A stretch of 64,000 nt of DNA from Felis catus (taxonomy: Eukaryota), in assembly GCF_018350175.1 (NCBI RefSeq), contig NC_058368.1, forward strand, positions 60,576,001 to 60,640,000. The letters run 5' to 3'. Shown in pieces: positions 50,825-63,522 of this stretch; within the stretch, counting starts at the first letter, position 1, and each line of letters starts with the position of its first letter. Under the pieces are notes generated by a model, which was not told the origin of the DNA, searched no databases, and saw nothing but the letters and a program-made list of their open reading frames with translations. A program made the translations under genes and the position numbers.

Positions 50825-52479
50825 ATGGGTGACTTTTTTTAAAGCCAGCTTCCTAGACTCATACATCAAAACATAGATTAAGTTGGTAGGGGATCATATC
50901 TCCATTTTTAACAAACACTCTGATTCTAAAGCAAGCCTTAGAAAGAGCACGCTAAGAAATATACTGATAACTTTTAAAAAATAGTTTCCGACCATAGTAC
51001 TAGGATTGCAGTAAAGGTCATAAGGGGGACATATGTGGCTTTTAGAACATATTTTGTAAATCTGCAACACTTTGTCACAGTCCATCCCACCAGCCACAGA
51101 AAAACTCCCAATTCCTGAAACGGGGAGGACTAAACTGTGTTTGCATTAGTAAGTTAAGGAGACCTCATTCGGATCAGACATTAAGACAGCTTTTAAAGGT
51201 TTTTGTTTTGTTTTTTGTTAACACACTGGGAACATTTGGATCCTTTGCAAAAGAGATGTCGCTTACTCTCAGTTGAATAGATCCTGTGGTTTAAACCTCC
51301 ATAAAAATTAAGGGAAAAGCACTTTTTAAGCACCTTGCTTGCAGTTATCACATAGAATCAGTGGGAGGTTGAGCCATTGCACTTTAAGAATAGAGAGAAA
51401 CAGCATTGACTAAGACAGAATGTGATGTTTGGACTCTTTGTATTCTGTTCTGCGAACAATTCTAAAGGTTAAAATGTACAATTAAAATTCTCAGAATTGA
51501 AAGTATGCACCTTTTACCTCCCTTGCTAAGTCTTCTTGCAAAGAGATGTTTGTTGGATGTTCAATTCCCCAATTCTTGATGATCCTCAGCCTTTCTAGCT
51601 GTAAAGTAGCTCTAGATTTCCTGGAAAAGCCAAACATTTGTTTCTTTTCAATGATAAATAAAGAGATGTTGCAGGAACTTCTGTTTCCCTTCTATTTCAA
51701 TTGGGAATTTGTTTCTCTTAAATGAAAACAACAAATGGCTACATGATTTAAATTGTAACTGTGTACCAAGACATCATTTCCAAATCTTCAAGACTGGAAA
51801 AAAAATTGTCTAGTGAAAGAAAACATGAAAAGCAACTAATGTAGTGAAACTGTGTTGTGCTTTTCCATCAAATCAACAAATGAATTTTAAGCCTATTCTT
51901 GCTATTTTTCTTCCAGTTTCTCTTGTAGTTGGCAACTAGAGTGTTTAAGTCAAACAATAATTGGACTATGAATGTCTGCCAACTGCCTTCTTTCTTTGCT
52001 AGCAAACACATTTTTAGATTCCTAGCTGAGTCAACTAATTTCTACTGAATGGAAATATTAACGAATGCATAAGTAACTGAAAAGATCCTCTGTTTGTAGT
52101 GCTGAAAGATTTATGAATTACGTATACTTTTATATAAGGGAGTAAGACTGGCCACTAAAAATACTAAACCCTAAAACTATGTGTACCAGGATATATTGCA
52201 CTTAGTACTATTAATTAATCAACAATGATTGATTGCTCCATTTTCATATCTTATTATACGCATTCACCAATAATTTGTCCTCTTGCCAAACACTAATTTG
52301 CAGAACAGAGTACAATAACTTGATTTTTCCTTTTTGCTTGTGGAAGCATTACATTTACCAAAAAAGTTAATAAATAATACTTTCTGAATCAGTGTAAGCT
52401 CCAGTTTTTCTCTAATGCTTGCATAAGAGGCAATGAACTGTGAGATAACTGTATAATTAAGTTCATTTTACTTTGTCAG

Positions 52480-52525
52480 AAAATAAACTTTTGAGGCTGC
52501 ACAAGGAAGAATTATCTCAAACAGA
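52480..52525 (+). other. Candidate 46-nt micro-exon
   Basis: ttcattttactttgtcag|AAAATAAAC...CAAACAGA|gtaagt; one open frame, NKLLRLHKEELSQT; no homology recognised. Confidence 0.15.
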
Positions 52526-55059
52526 GTAAGTTTTTATAGAAAAAGTGTCATGAGCAATTTTTTATTATTTCTATGGCAACATATATTTTTATCTATTCTT
52601 ATAATTTTATTATATTAATCAAACTCTATAAAAAAAGAGAGAATAAAATCTTATAGACAAAAGGACACTAACCTACTTTTTAAAACAATGTGGCCCCAGC
52701 AGATTTCATGAAGGTTACTCAGAACTGGATAATGATAGAAAAAGGAGGATGAAAAAGGCTTAAAAGGGGGTGCCCCTGGGATTTGAGGCAAAAGAACTAA
52801 ATTAAACTGACAAAGTCATGGGCATTTTACTGCAGGCCTGATGGTGGCAACTGGATCTGATTTTTTTTTTTTTTTTGCTTGTTGGGTTTTTGTTTTCTGC
52901 TGCAGTTCCATATTGTTCTGTGTTCAGAATGGGTTGAAAGGGGGAGATGGACGAAGTATAAACACTATGGAGAAGATAGTAACAAATATTGACTACGTTT
53001 ACTACTAGGGCAAATGCAAAGATGAATAGTCTCTAATATCAAAGAGCTCTTTACAGTAAGAGTTCCTTTTTGCAAGCTGAAGCAATGGCATTAGGGCAAC
53101 GTGAATATATTTAGATTTACTGATGTTCTATAACTGGTCTAGGAACCATGGGTTTCTTAAGAAGTCACTGTATCTGCAGGGCCTGGAAACAAGGGCCAAC
53201 TCTTTCTAAACATTAATCTCGACAACTACAACAATTGACAAGTGTCAACACAGAAATACGTTTTCTTCATCATCCCTGGAAGAGAGAATACCAAATTTTA
53301 TCATGTTTCCCAGCCACAGATAATTAAAGAATTCAGGCATGAGATCCTCACACTATATCTATTTGTTTGTAATGACTGTAAACCTCAAACTGTTTTTGCA
53401 GTATCAGCTGCAATTTCACAATGTTTCCCAGCAATAACATGATAAAGTAATGCCCACTTTTTGACCATCTACTATGTGTTAGGCTCTTGGCTACATACTG
53501 GGGTTATATGGATAAAAGTGACTAATTTTCACTTTAGAACTAGTTATGTTGGGTAAGGTTAATGTTCTTGGGGGGAAAAAGAGCTCTTTTGCATTTTTAA
53601 GATGTAAGCTTTTATTCTTTCCTCTTCTCCTTTCTCATCCTCATTTTCTCCTCCTCCTTCTCCTCACCCTCTACTCCTTTTCCTTCATATTTATCAGAAT
53701 ACCCTTAGTGTGGTAGGGTCCCCTTCCTAAGGAGAGAGGAAAAACAAAAAACAAAAAATGAAAAATAAAAAAAAAAAACCTGAATGCAACCTGGCTATAT
53801 GAGTATGTGACTATATCCCTCAGATCTTGTAACATGAGACCACTTAATCAGACCGCATGTTTGTGTGTTACCATATATGGGAGACAAAGAAACAGAAGAG
53901 GTATAAAAAACTACACCACTTGGAGTTCAGGGCTCTGTCCTGTAGGAACCCAGCTGAGCAGTGCTGGCTCCAATAAAGTTGTTTCCTGGAAAGAAAAACC
54001 TCAGTGTCATGACTCTCTGGGTGAGAATCCTGATACATTAGTAACACAATTTAAATGAAACATACTCAGTCATGAACCTGGAGTAGTTCTTCTAGTATTT
54101 TAAATCATAGGAAGATAATGAATACTATAGAATAGAGACTTGATCCTGTACAAAAGCATCTACTTTTATAGACAATAAAAGTTATTAAAAAATTACCACT
54201 GAGTTTCTTGGAACAGTGAGAAAATCCTTTCTCTGATCAAAACATAGATAAACATCATAAAGGGTATTTGTTAAGAATTTTAAGATATGTTATTAATAAT
54301 ACAAATAAAATCATTATGGACTTAATGTGAAGAAAAAAATCTATAATCTTAAATTGGGGGTCTAAAGAGGGCTGGATATCAAGCATATAGAATAAGAACT
54401 GATGCTTTAATGCCTGCTTTAGAATGGGAGCTAAACATACCATGCAAATAAACCAGGATCCATACATTAATCTGGGTGGGTGTTGGTCTCCAAGATTATG
54501 GGTTAGGGCCAAATGGCTATTTCCCCTATCCTAAACTTGCACCTGGAAAGGTTGTATTCATTTATGAAAGGGATTGGGGGAAACATAAAGGTATCTGCTT
54601 GACAAGGAATTGGGTTATAACCCTAGAAGCACAACTATACTTTTTGTACAGCTGGAGAGACCCAAAGCAGTTAAGTCTTGAGTAAGATATAAAGAGATAT
54701 ACAGCTTGCATGGCTGGTTTGTTTAGGGAGAAAAGAAAGTTTTTCAAGGTGAGTTTATAAAACTATTTTTAATTCCAAGGGGAATCCTGGCCCCATGATG
54801 TATATAAGATAGATATGATTTGGCCACAGATCCAACAAATGGGCAAATTTATACTTGATTAACTTAGTTTAATGATGCATTAAAAATGCTTTAAAAATGT
54901 AAGAGTATTTCTTAAATGTCCACAGTTTAAGCAGGGGTAGGGAGATAATATCCATAAAATAAAAAGATATACTTTCAAGATATACTTGAAAAATGGAAAT
55001 TGTTTTAACAAAAACATAGTCATTGGAAAAAATAATAAAAAGTCCTAAAATTTGAGTGT

Positions 55060-56340
55060 GCAATAGCTAACATCAGAATTGGCAGACTAGATGGTAGAAT
55101 TGAAGAAATGTATCAAGATGCATCAACAGAGTTAGAGGGATAGAAAGCATAAAACAGAAGCAAAGTTTAAGAGAGAAGGTGCTTTACTGATAAAAAATGT
55201 ATCATTAGAGTTCTCAAAGCTGTGAATAGAGAATGGATGAGACTTAAATGATAGAAGATTGTGGGAAATTCAAGAAAGACAATTAATCCCTATAGTAGAA
55301 AACTGGATGTATCCTGAGAAGGATGTGTTTTTAAGCATGTATACCCCAATGTTTAAAAAAAATTTTTTTAAACGTTTATTTATTTTTGAGACAGAGACAG
55401 AACATGAATGGGGGAGGGTCAGAGAGAGGGAGACACAGAATCTGAAACAGGCTCCAGGCTCTGAGCTGTCAGCACAAAGCCCGACGCGGGGCTCAAACTC
55501 ACAGACCGCAAGATCATGACCTGAGCCGAAGTCGGCCGCTTAACCGACTGAGCCACCCAGGCGCATCCCCCCCCAATTTTTTTTTAATGAACTCTGGAAG
55601 TTAGAGGGGAAAGACAAACCAGAAAAGCATTTGGAGTGAAAAATGAGGTTGGCTATGAGACACTGGCAGGGAATGACTCAGATTTCTTATCTGAGCAAAC
55701 TAGACTTGAGTAACATCTTTAACACACTGACTAAAAATTTGAACCTAGAATCCTATAACAAGCTGTTGTTTCTTCATGCACATGAGTGAAATAAAGCTTG
55801 TTAGAATATATCACTAAAAATTTCACTGCTCACAGACCCACTATAACTGTAGCACATACTCCAACAAAAATGGTATGTGGACCAAGATAAGAAAAGAAAG
55901 GTACAATTATCTAACATGAGCACAGAAATTAGTCAATCTGTCACATAAATCTAAGACACAATTATGAAATAATAATGATTTATTGTCCTAAAAACATGAC
56001 AAAAGTAACATTCTAAAGTTCAAAACCTGGAAGTTGGGGAAGGGAGAATCAGTAGGAAGTTAAAATTCTTTGTTAGAAAATCTAAAATGAATACATATGT
56101 TAATAGTAATATGATAATCATCAGAGTAAAACCTAAATGGGTACATTTCTAAGGTGGAGAAATAATAGAAATTTAAATACTAGATACATCTATGAAATAT
56201 CAGAAAAAAAGAAAATTAAGCAAAGAAAATGCATACTAAATAGGAACAAAAATGATAGTATAAGTCTAAATTCATTACTAATCAAAATTAATACAAAGAG
56301 ACTAACCTGCAATTTCAAGCCAGAGATTCTTGGATTGAGT
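55060..56340 (+). mobile_element. Ancient L1 ORF1 to ORF2-start remnant
   Basis: aatttgaacctagaatcctata (NFEPRIL-like); 56270-56335 resembles a decayed IITLNVNGLNSPIKR..W. Confidence 0.6.
55352..55566 (-). mobile_element. Young felid SINEC_Fc
   Basis: CpG-rich body; flanks ccccaatgttt / ccccaatttt. Confidence 0.97.
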
Positions 56341-56478
56341 ATTTTATTTTATTTTATTTTATTTTTAAATGTTTATTTATTTATTTTGAAAGGGCGAAGG
56401 GGTAGAGAGAGAGAGACAGAGAATCCCAAGCAGGCTCAAGAGTCCAACAGTTAACAGACTGAGCCACCCAGGTGTCCC
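56341..56478 (-). mobile_element. Internally deleted Can-SINE
   Basis: Head and tail intact, TSD tggattgagt (56331-56340 / 56479-56488), middle missing at caggctc|aagagtc. Confidence 0.9.
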
Positions 56479-57043
56479 TGGATTGAGTTTTGCTTTTTAT
56501 AATTAGCAACTATCTTAGTATATAATAATGTAGAAAGGTGGGAAATGAAAGTGGGTTTTGAAAGCTAATGGTCAGAATTCTGTTCAGCTAGTAACTTTTA
56601 TGATAAAGAGAGGAGTTGTCAAACATTGCCTTGGGTCTCTTATAAAACCTTGAAGAGAACACCTTCTGGCACTGTATTCCATATTTGGGGATCAATGATT
56701 TTCAGGTTGTTATTCACACAGTCACTTCCTAGTCTCTGGCAGGGGAACCCAAATACTGTCAACCATGGCTACCAACGATCAGGGCTTCTTTTTGCTAAGA
56801 AATGTCACACCTGCTGTCTCCTCCCAGAATTGCTTCTGCTTCCTATGTAAGGTGGCACCTGTTTTTATAAAAGGCAAAATCTTGACTTCAAATAACAGCG
56901 GTCATTATGGGAAAGTTTTTACATGTCAAGAACTGAAAATTAATATATTTCAGAGGAACTCGAGAGGAAAAAGGAGACAACATATGAAATATTAAATAGC
57001 CAACTTCTTTAATTACTAAATGGACGCTCAGAAATAAAATTCT

Positions 57044-57258
57044 TAAAAAATTTTTTTATGTTTATGTATTTTTGACAGAGAGAGAGACAGAGCATGAGCG
57101 GGGGAGGGGCAGAGAGAGAGGGAGACACAGAATTCGAAGCAGGATCCAGGCTGTGAGCTGTCAGCACAGAGCCCGACATGGGGCTCGAACCCACAGACTG
57201 TGAGATCATGACCTGAGCCAAAGTCGGACGCTCAACCAACTGAGCCACCGAGGCACCC
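57044..57258 (-). mobile_element. Felid SINEC_Fc
   Basis: Perfect 15-bp TSD cagaaataaaattct (57029-57043 / 57259-57273). Confidence 0.97.
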
Positions 57259-57949
57259 CAGAAATAAAATTCTAAATTCAACATCAGGTGCCTGAAAGGC
57301 TGTATCCTTCTGAAACTTGCCCTCCCAGCATCTTTCTCTCTTCCTAAATCAGACATGTCTGCACAACACATTTATAGTCTTTTTATTCCATCTGCTCTTT
57401 CCCCTGACCCTCTAAATTAGTTACGCTTTGTTTAGGTATTCTCAGGAAGGAACAATCACATTGTAAAACTGCTAGACCACAAGGTAGAAGGTGGATCTAC
57501 AGAAGTTGAATTTCAATGCCAGATCTAGAGTCAAGTTTTTTTTTTTTTTTTTTGTAAAGAAGGATTTTCTTAAACCTTAGGAAGACAGGCAGAAATTTTC
57601 TGCAGAATTTAGGACTTTGTGGGATAATCATTGCCCCAGGTTATTGGACACATCAACTTATTCACTTAAGTATTAACTTTTTGAATGGAGAAAAGTAATT
57701 AAAATCAGCAAGGTAGGTAGGAAAAGATTTAGGTTAAGGTTTGCAAAAACTTCAAATTGCCTTAATAGGGTATGAAAAATAAATAATAGACTACATAAGG
57801 ATATATCACAGACCTTATAAATGTGGGAAATTTGTGCACAAAAATATGTATCATAATTTCGGAGAAAATAACCATGTATGTGTATATACATATATATTTG
57901 TATATATATAAGAAATGATAATACTATTTTTATTTTCTGGTAACAAAAT

Positions 57950-58290
57950 CCTTTAATAAAAAGAGAAAATTTAAATATATTGGCTAGGATGTAGCAGTTG
58001 AAGGAAATATGTAAAACTCTGGATACCAGTGTAGATAGATCTGAAATCATATGGTCTAATGAAAAACAGTATTACAGAATGATATGAAGACAATGATGCC
58101 ATTTATGTAAATTTTAAAACACAGACCAAGAATAATATATCATACATGGTTGCACATGTTGTGCGGAAAAGTGGAAAAATATAGCCAGAAAAGATGTATC
58201 ACATACTCATGAGAATGGTCGCCTTGGGAATAGAATAAAGGCATAGGTTTGTACTGGTTGTCAAAAGAGACTTTGATTTTATAAATATTC
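57950..58290 (+). mobile_element. L1ME-type 3'UTR fragment
   Basis: gatagatctgaaatcatatggtctaatgaaaaac...atgatgccatttatgtaaattttaaaacaca. Confidence 0.55.
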
Positions 58291-58729
58291 CATCTATTTT
58301 GTTTTGAAACTTGAGGGAAATAAGACCAACGTATGAATGCAATCTCACTGGTCAAGATGGTTCAGTTATGTTTAACTGCCCCTCTGCCTACCACACATAA
58401 TGCTAACAGATAAAGAGGAAAACAAGAAGTTTTAATGAGGATCTCACAGAAGATAAACATCTCTGCAGGACATAAAGAGAAGAGCAAAAATGCTGAGCAG
58501 ACTGAAGTGCACACCTGCTGGGCTTTTGATTCAAAGTTGTAGAATAAAGGAGTTTAAAAGGTTTCTCTTAAGATGGGAGCCTGATCCAGGTTTAACGTGG
58601 AAATCCAGACAGCGTAAATACAATTGTTCGGTTTATGAAAAGATGGAAAAATTCTGAGGCTGAATTCTTCTGGGAGCTAGGCATAGAGAACCTGGACCCC
58701 TGAATTGAGCCAAGATATTCAATATCACA

Positions 58730-59299
58730 GTAAAAGCAAAAGAAAGTCAAAGATCACCTGTCACACACTTGCAGTCAAGCAAAACTGTGTTTAGTTGTCA
58801 ATGTGACACAGGGGACTGCAAACCGTCAGAACCAGGGTGTGTCTCAGAACAGTGACTGGGAGGCATTCTTTATAAGATTTGTGCATCATTCAGTGAGTGG
58901 GAGGAAGGTTTAAAGAAAGGGGAGTCTGTTTTGGAGTGGGTGTTGTCAGAAAGCAGAAAGAATCGAGTGACTGGGTGTTCATAATGCTTTTTATAGCGGA
59001 GGTAAGGAGTGAAGCTGAGCTCTTCTGTCTTTGGGGAAGAAGCAATAGCCACTCAAGTGAGCTGCTGGAGAGGGATGCGTGGTCATTGACGCGGTTGTGC
59101 TGTGGGTTTGTTTTCACAGGTCTTGATTGCAGAAGAGTCTTGTTTTGGTCTTGTTCCATCATGATCACAGATAGTCCACATCTGATGTTGGTATTCTGTG
59201 AAAATGTTTATTTTCAGCAAGGGAGCAAGACAACCTAGCTGATGGGAACTAGTCCAGATACCAGATGTCAGCTGTCAAGATCGCATGTTTTCATTCTCA
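58730..59299 (-). mobile_element. ERV1-class solo LTR (MER89/MER90-like)
   Basis: Reverse complement starts TGAGAATGAAAAC and contains ttcacagaataccaacatcagatg..gtgatcatgatggaacaagaccaaaacaagac; explains ORFs 58870-59238. Confidence 0.65.
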
Positions 59300-59686
59300 T
59301 CACCGTGGGCTAACACTGACATGTTAAGATCTGTTTCTTTACAGGCCCCACAGAGGATTTTTTGGAAGTAACTGCCAAGTCAAATATTGGGGGGGATGCA
59401 CAAGGGATATAGGGACAAGATTTAGATAAATGTATATCTTATTCAAAATGTATGGGCAAACCCAAATTCCAAAATCTATGAAGAAAGGCAATAATAAAAA
59501 AGACAATAATTTTAAAAATGTACTCCAAATTATTTTATTGGAAGATTCTGAATGACAACTTTCAAATAATTTGCTTAGGCTATTTGGTGTGAGATGGAAG
59601 TCATCGTCTTCTTGGAAAATTTGCAAAATAAAAATGGTTGTCAATTCTGGGTATGGAAATATAAGTGATTTATTTTGTTATTCTTT

Positions 59687-59924
59687 TATTTATTTTTTCA
59701 AATAATTTTTAATGTTTATTTTTGAAAGAGAGAGAGACAGAGACAGAGACAGAACTCGAGTAGGGAAGGGTCAGAGACAGAGAGGTAGAGAGACATAATT
59801 TGAAGCAGCTCCAGGCTCTAAGCTATCACCACAGAGCCCGACATGGGGTTTAAACTCATGAACCATGAGATCATGACCTGAGCTGAAGTCGGACACTTAA
59901 CCAAATGAGCCACCCAGGTGCCCC
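59687..59924 (-). mobile_element. Can-SINE (SINEC_Fc-like)
   Basis: TSD tgttattcttt (59676-59686 / 59925-59935). Confidence 0.95.
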
Positions 59925-59935
59925 TGTTATTCTTT

Positions 59936-60152
59936 GTTGTTTTTTTAAGTTTATTTATTCATCTTGAGAGAGAGACAGAGCATGTGAGCAGAGGAGGGGC
60001 AGAGACAGAGAGGGAAAGAGGGAGAATCCCATACAGGCTCTGCACTGCCAGCAGAGAGCCCAAAGTTGGGCTTGAACCCATGAACTGTGTGGTCATGGCC
60101 TGAGCCAAAATCAAGAGCTGGATGCTTAACCAACTGAGCCACCCAGGTGCCC
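59936..60152 (-). mobile_element. Can-SINE (older feliform type)
   Basis: Ends ctgagccacccaggtgccc; gagaatccc..caggctc diagnostic. Confidence 0.95.
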
Positions 60153-60530
60153 TGATTTTATTATTCTTTATATACTTCTGCTTTTCTGTATTTTTAAATT
60201 TCTGAAAAAAACAAGTTCCTAAAAATATTACTAGAATAATTGAGAATCCAGCACGGATTTAACATCTATAAATCAGAGTGCAATTCTTGTCAGTCTGAAT
60301 TATAAAGATATAGAAGGTCTGACCTTACCCTCAAGAGCCTGATGGTGGAGTTGAAATGACATGGCTAACACAATATACAACAAAAGGAAAAGAAAACATA
60401 GCAGAGGATTTACCTAAGTAATAGAGGCTATATAAATTCATCAAGTGTGTATATAAGCAAAGAAAGAGTGTTATCCCTTTAGCAGTGAAAAGGATTATTT
60501 TTTCTTCAGGTTTTAGCCAAAAGTAAACTA

Positions 60531-60720
60531 GGGCGCTTGGATGGCTCAGTCAGTTGAGACTCAGACTTTGGCTCGGGTCATGATCTCACTGTTCCTGACT
60601 TACAGCCCTGTATTAGGCTTGCTGCTGTCAGCCCAGAGACCACTTTGGATCCTCTGTTCCCCTCTCTGCCCCTCCCCTGCTCATGTTCTCTCTCTCAAAA
60701 ATAAATAAAGATTTAAAAAA
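60531..60720 (+). mobile_element. Can-SINE
   Basis: gggcgcttggatggctcagtc head and aataaa tail. Confidence 0.93.
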
Positions 60721-60975
60721 TGAGTTAGACTTCTATCTATAAAAAAATAAAATAAAATAAATCACTGAAAAGCTAACTTGGAAGGAAAATAAGAGAATCT
60801 GAATATTTCTAGATTATCGTTAGAGACAGTATTAAGTTACATCACATGAATTAACTGGTGTATAACATGTATGCTAAGGCTGAATATGGATGAATTTTTC
60901 AAATGTTATATAAGTACAAAATAAATGGAAAGAAATGATATATTTCATTACCAACATAAAGGAATTTTGTATTTA

Positions 60976-61210
60976 AAATTTTTTTAAAGTATTTAAAAAA
61001 ATTTTTTTAACGTTTATTCATTTTTTGATAGAGAGAGACAGAGTGTGAGTGGGGGAGGGGCAGATAGAGAGGGAGACACAGAATCCGAAGCAGGCTCCAG
61101 GCTCTGAGCCTTCAGCACAGAGCCTGACACGCGGCTTGAACTCACGGACCATGAGATCATGACCTGAGCTGAAGTCGGATGCTTTACCGACTGAGCCACC
61201 CAGGAGCCCC
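60976..61210 (-). mobile_element. Felid SINEC_Fc
   Basis: Full body ending ctgagccacccaggagcccc. Confidence 0.96.
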
Positions 61211-61321
61211 AAGTTTTTTAAAATATATTTTACATTCTTCTATTTCCCCTACCATATCTTAATGTAACACATTATACATATTAAATATATTCTTTCAGTT
61301 TATCCATTTTCTTTTGCCGAT

Positions 61322-61705
61322 TGTAGTATATGCACTACCCAAATGCACCCTTTAGGGCAGAGTCCCCCATTTCCATGGTTGCTGGGAGTTTACAACATGG
61401 TGCCTTCCCAGATTCCCATGGCTTAAGGGAATTGTTTCATTCAAGGAAATGACCCACCCCTGGAGGCAGGCCAGTTCTACAGAGTGAATGAGAGGGTGTA
61501 AAAGTCCTAGATCCTTTACTTCAATGAAAAACATCTCTGAAGGGCCATCTCAGCTCCAGAGTTGCTCATGGGATGTGGTCACTCTATACCAAAATAACCT
61601 CCTCCTCCGCCCATCCTTGTTTCCCTTGACTCCTTCCTAATCTTTGTTCCAGAGAGAACCTGTAAGAAATGTGTATGCTCAACTTCTCCAGGGAATCTTC
61701 TAAGG
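61322..61705 (+). mobile_element. LTR16C-like solo LTR
   Basis: tgtagt start; catctctgaagggccatctcagctccagagttgctcatgggat motif. Confidence 0.7.
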
Positions 61706-62299
61706 AAAAAAAAAAGTCTACTATCTGTAAATGGAAAGGGAAATCTTGTACAAATTTGGAGGCAAATTTGGATATTTTTTCATTAGTGATTTAACACTAT
61801 TAATAGTTACCAAATTAAAAAAAATAGTTTTCTGTATAGCTAATTTATAAATATTAAATGTAAGAATAAATGAGACTCTTTTCCCAATTCTTATGTCAAT
61901 TAAACTTGTGGAATAATTTTTCTTTACAAATTCAAATAAAGCTAGAGATATCCTCACTTAAACATTGAAATGTTTGGTCATAGGAAACATAAAATGCTTC
62001 TGGGGGAAAGATACTGAAAAGGAATAAATTTTACACCCACATTCTTTGATCATAGAAACCCTAAATAATATTTTAAAAGATCATACTGTGAATAACAGTC
62101 TCATCAAGACTTCATAACAAAAAAAATAAGTAAAAAGACCCTTACTCTAAGTTTATCATCTTGTTAATCACAGATAACATAACATCATCTTATTATCAAG
62201 GAAAATTTTGGTATGCATTTTTCTTGACTTTTAGGATATATGAAACAAAAATTCAAGTTCTATATTTCTTGTTTCCCACTTAACATGTTAACTCATGAA

Positions 62300-62930
62300 T
62301 TTTTTAGCAGCGTTATTGATATCTAATTCACATACTATACAATGCACCTATTTAAAGTATATATGCAATGTTTTTTAGGGTATTCAAAGATATGTGCAAC
62401 CATCACCACAGTCAATAGAACATTATTTCACCTCAAAAAGAAGCCCTGTTTCTTTTAGCTATCATTTCCCTATAATCTACGCTCTCCCAAAGTGTCAATC
62501 TAATACAATTACCTAAATAGTAATCTACTTTCTGTGTCCAAAGATTTCCCTGTTCTGGACATTTTATATAAATGAAATTATATAATACATTTAATATGTG
62601 GTCTTTTGTGAGTGGCTTCTTTCACTTATCATGTTTTCAAGCTTCTTCCATGTTGTAATATGGATTAGTACATCATTTTTTTTTGTTTGTTTTGTTAAGA
62701 GAGAGATAGCATGAGTGGAGTAGAGGAGCAGAGGGAGAGGCAGAGAGGGGGGGGGGGAGGGAGAGAGAATCTTAAGCAGGCTGTACACTCAGTGTGGAGA
62801 TGGACATGGGACTCGATCCCATGACCCTGGGATCATGGCCTGAGCACAAATCAAGAGTTGGATGCTCAACTGACTGAGCTACCCAGGTGCCCCACATCAT
62901 TGTTTTTTATTGCTAAATAATGTTTGTTCA
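62300..62930 (-). mobile_element. L1MB-type 3' end, interrupted by a SINE
   Basis: ttattgatatctaattcacatac..tgtgcaaccatcaccaca..aatctactttctgtg..cctgttctggacattttatataaatg. Confidence 0.85.
62678..62893 (-). mobile_element. Can-SINE (old, pan-carnivore type)
   Basis: gagaatcttaagcaggc / ctcgatcccatgaccctgggatcatg diagnostics; TSD acatcatt (62670-62677 / 62894-62901). Confidence 0.93.
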
Positions 62931-63078
62931 TACATATATATATACATATATATATACATGTATACATATATATACATATATACATATATACATATATATA
63001 CATATATACATATATACATGTATACATATATATACATATATACATATATACATATATATACATATATACATATATATA
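62929..63078 (+). repeat. (TA)n/(TATACA)n low-complexity tandem repeat
   Basis: Seen directly; generates the Y/I/H/T-rich ORFs in the track. Confidence 0.97.
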
Positions 63079-63522
63079 ATTTTATGTGTGTATAATACAT
63101 ATAATTTGTTTTATGTAATTGTTTTTTAAAACGTTAAATAGAAGAAAGAAGGAAAATATGCCTTCAATGGTGTCTATTATAATTCCATAGTTAATTTTAC
63201 TAGTGTTCTTCGTCTGATATTCAGGATAAGAGGAAAAATTGAACAATTTTTCACTTGAAGGAAATTCCATGAAGTAAAAGGAGAATTTATAAAAGTACAC
63301 ATATTACAGTCAGGGCAGCATTGGTCATAGCAAGCACACAGAGTAGGGAATAATCCTTTAGTGAAGGGTTTGATGAAGTCCTGGAAATGTAAGTGACGTG
63401 AAATGGCTTTTATGAGCGAGAGAGGTATTCCAGGACTATCTGGAAAAAATGTGTGAAGGGGCATGTCATATTTGTATAAAATGGTGTCATGGCTGCTCCT
63501 TGATTTAAAGAAGGATAAGTAT

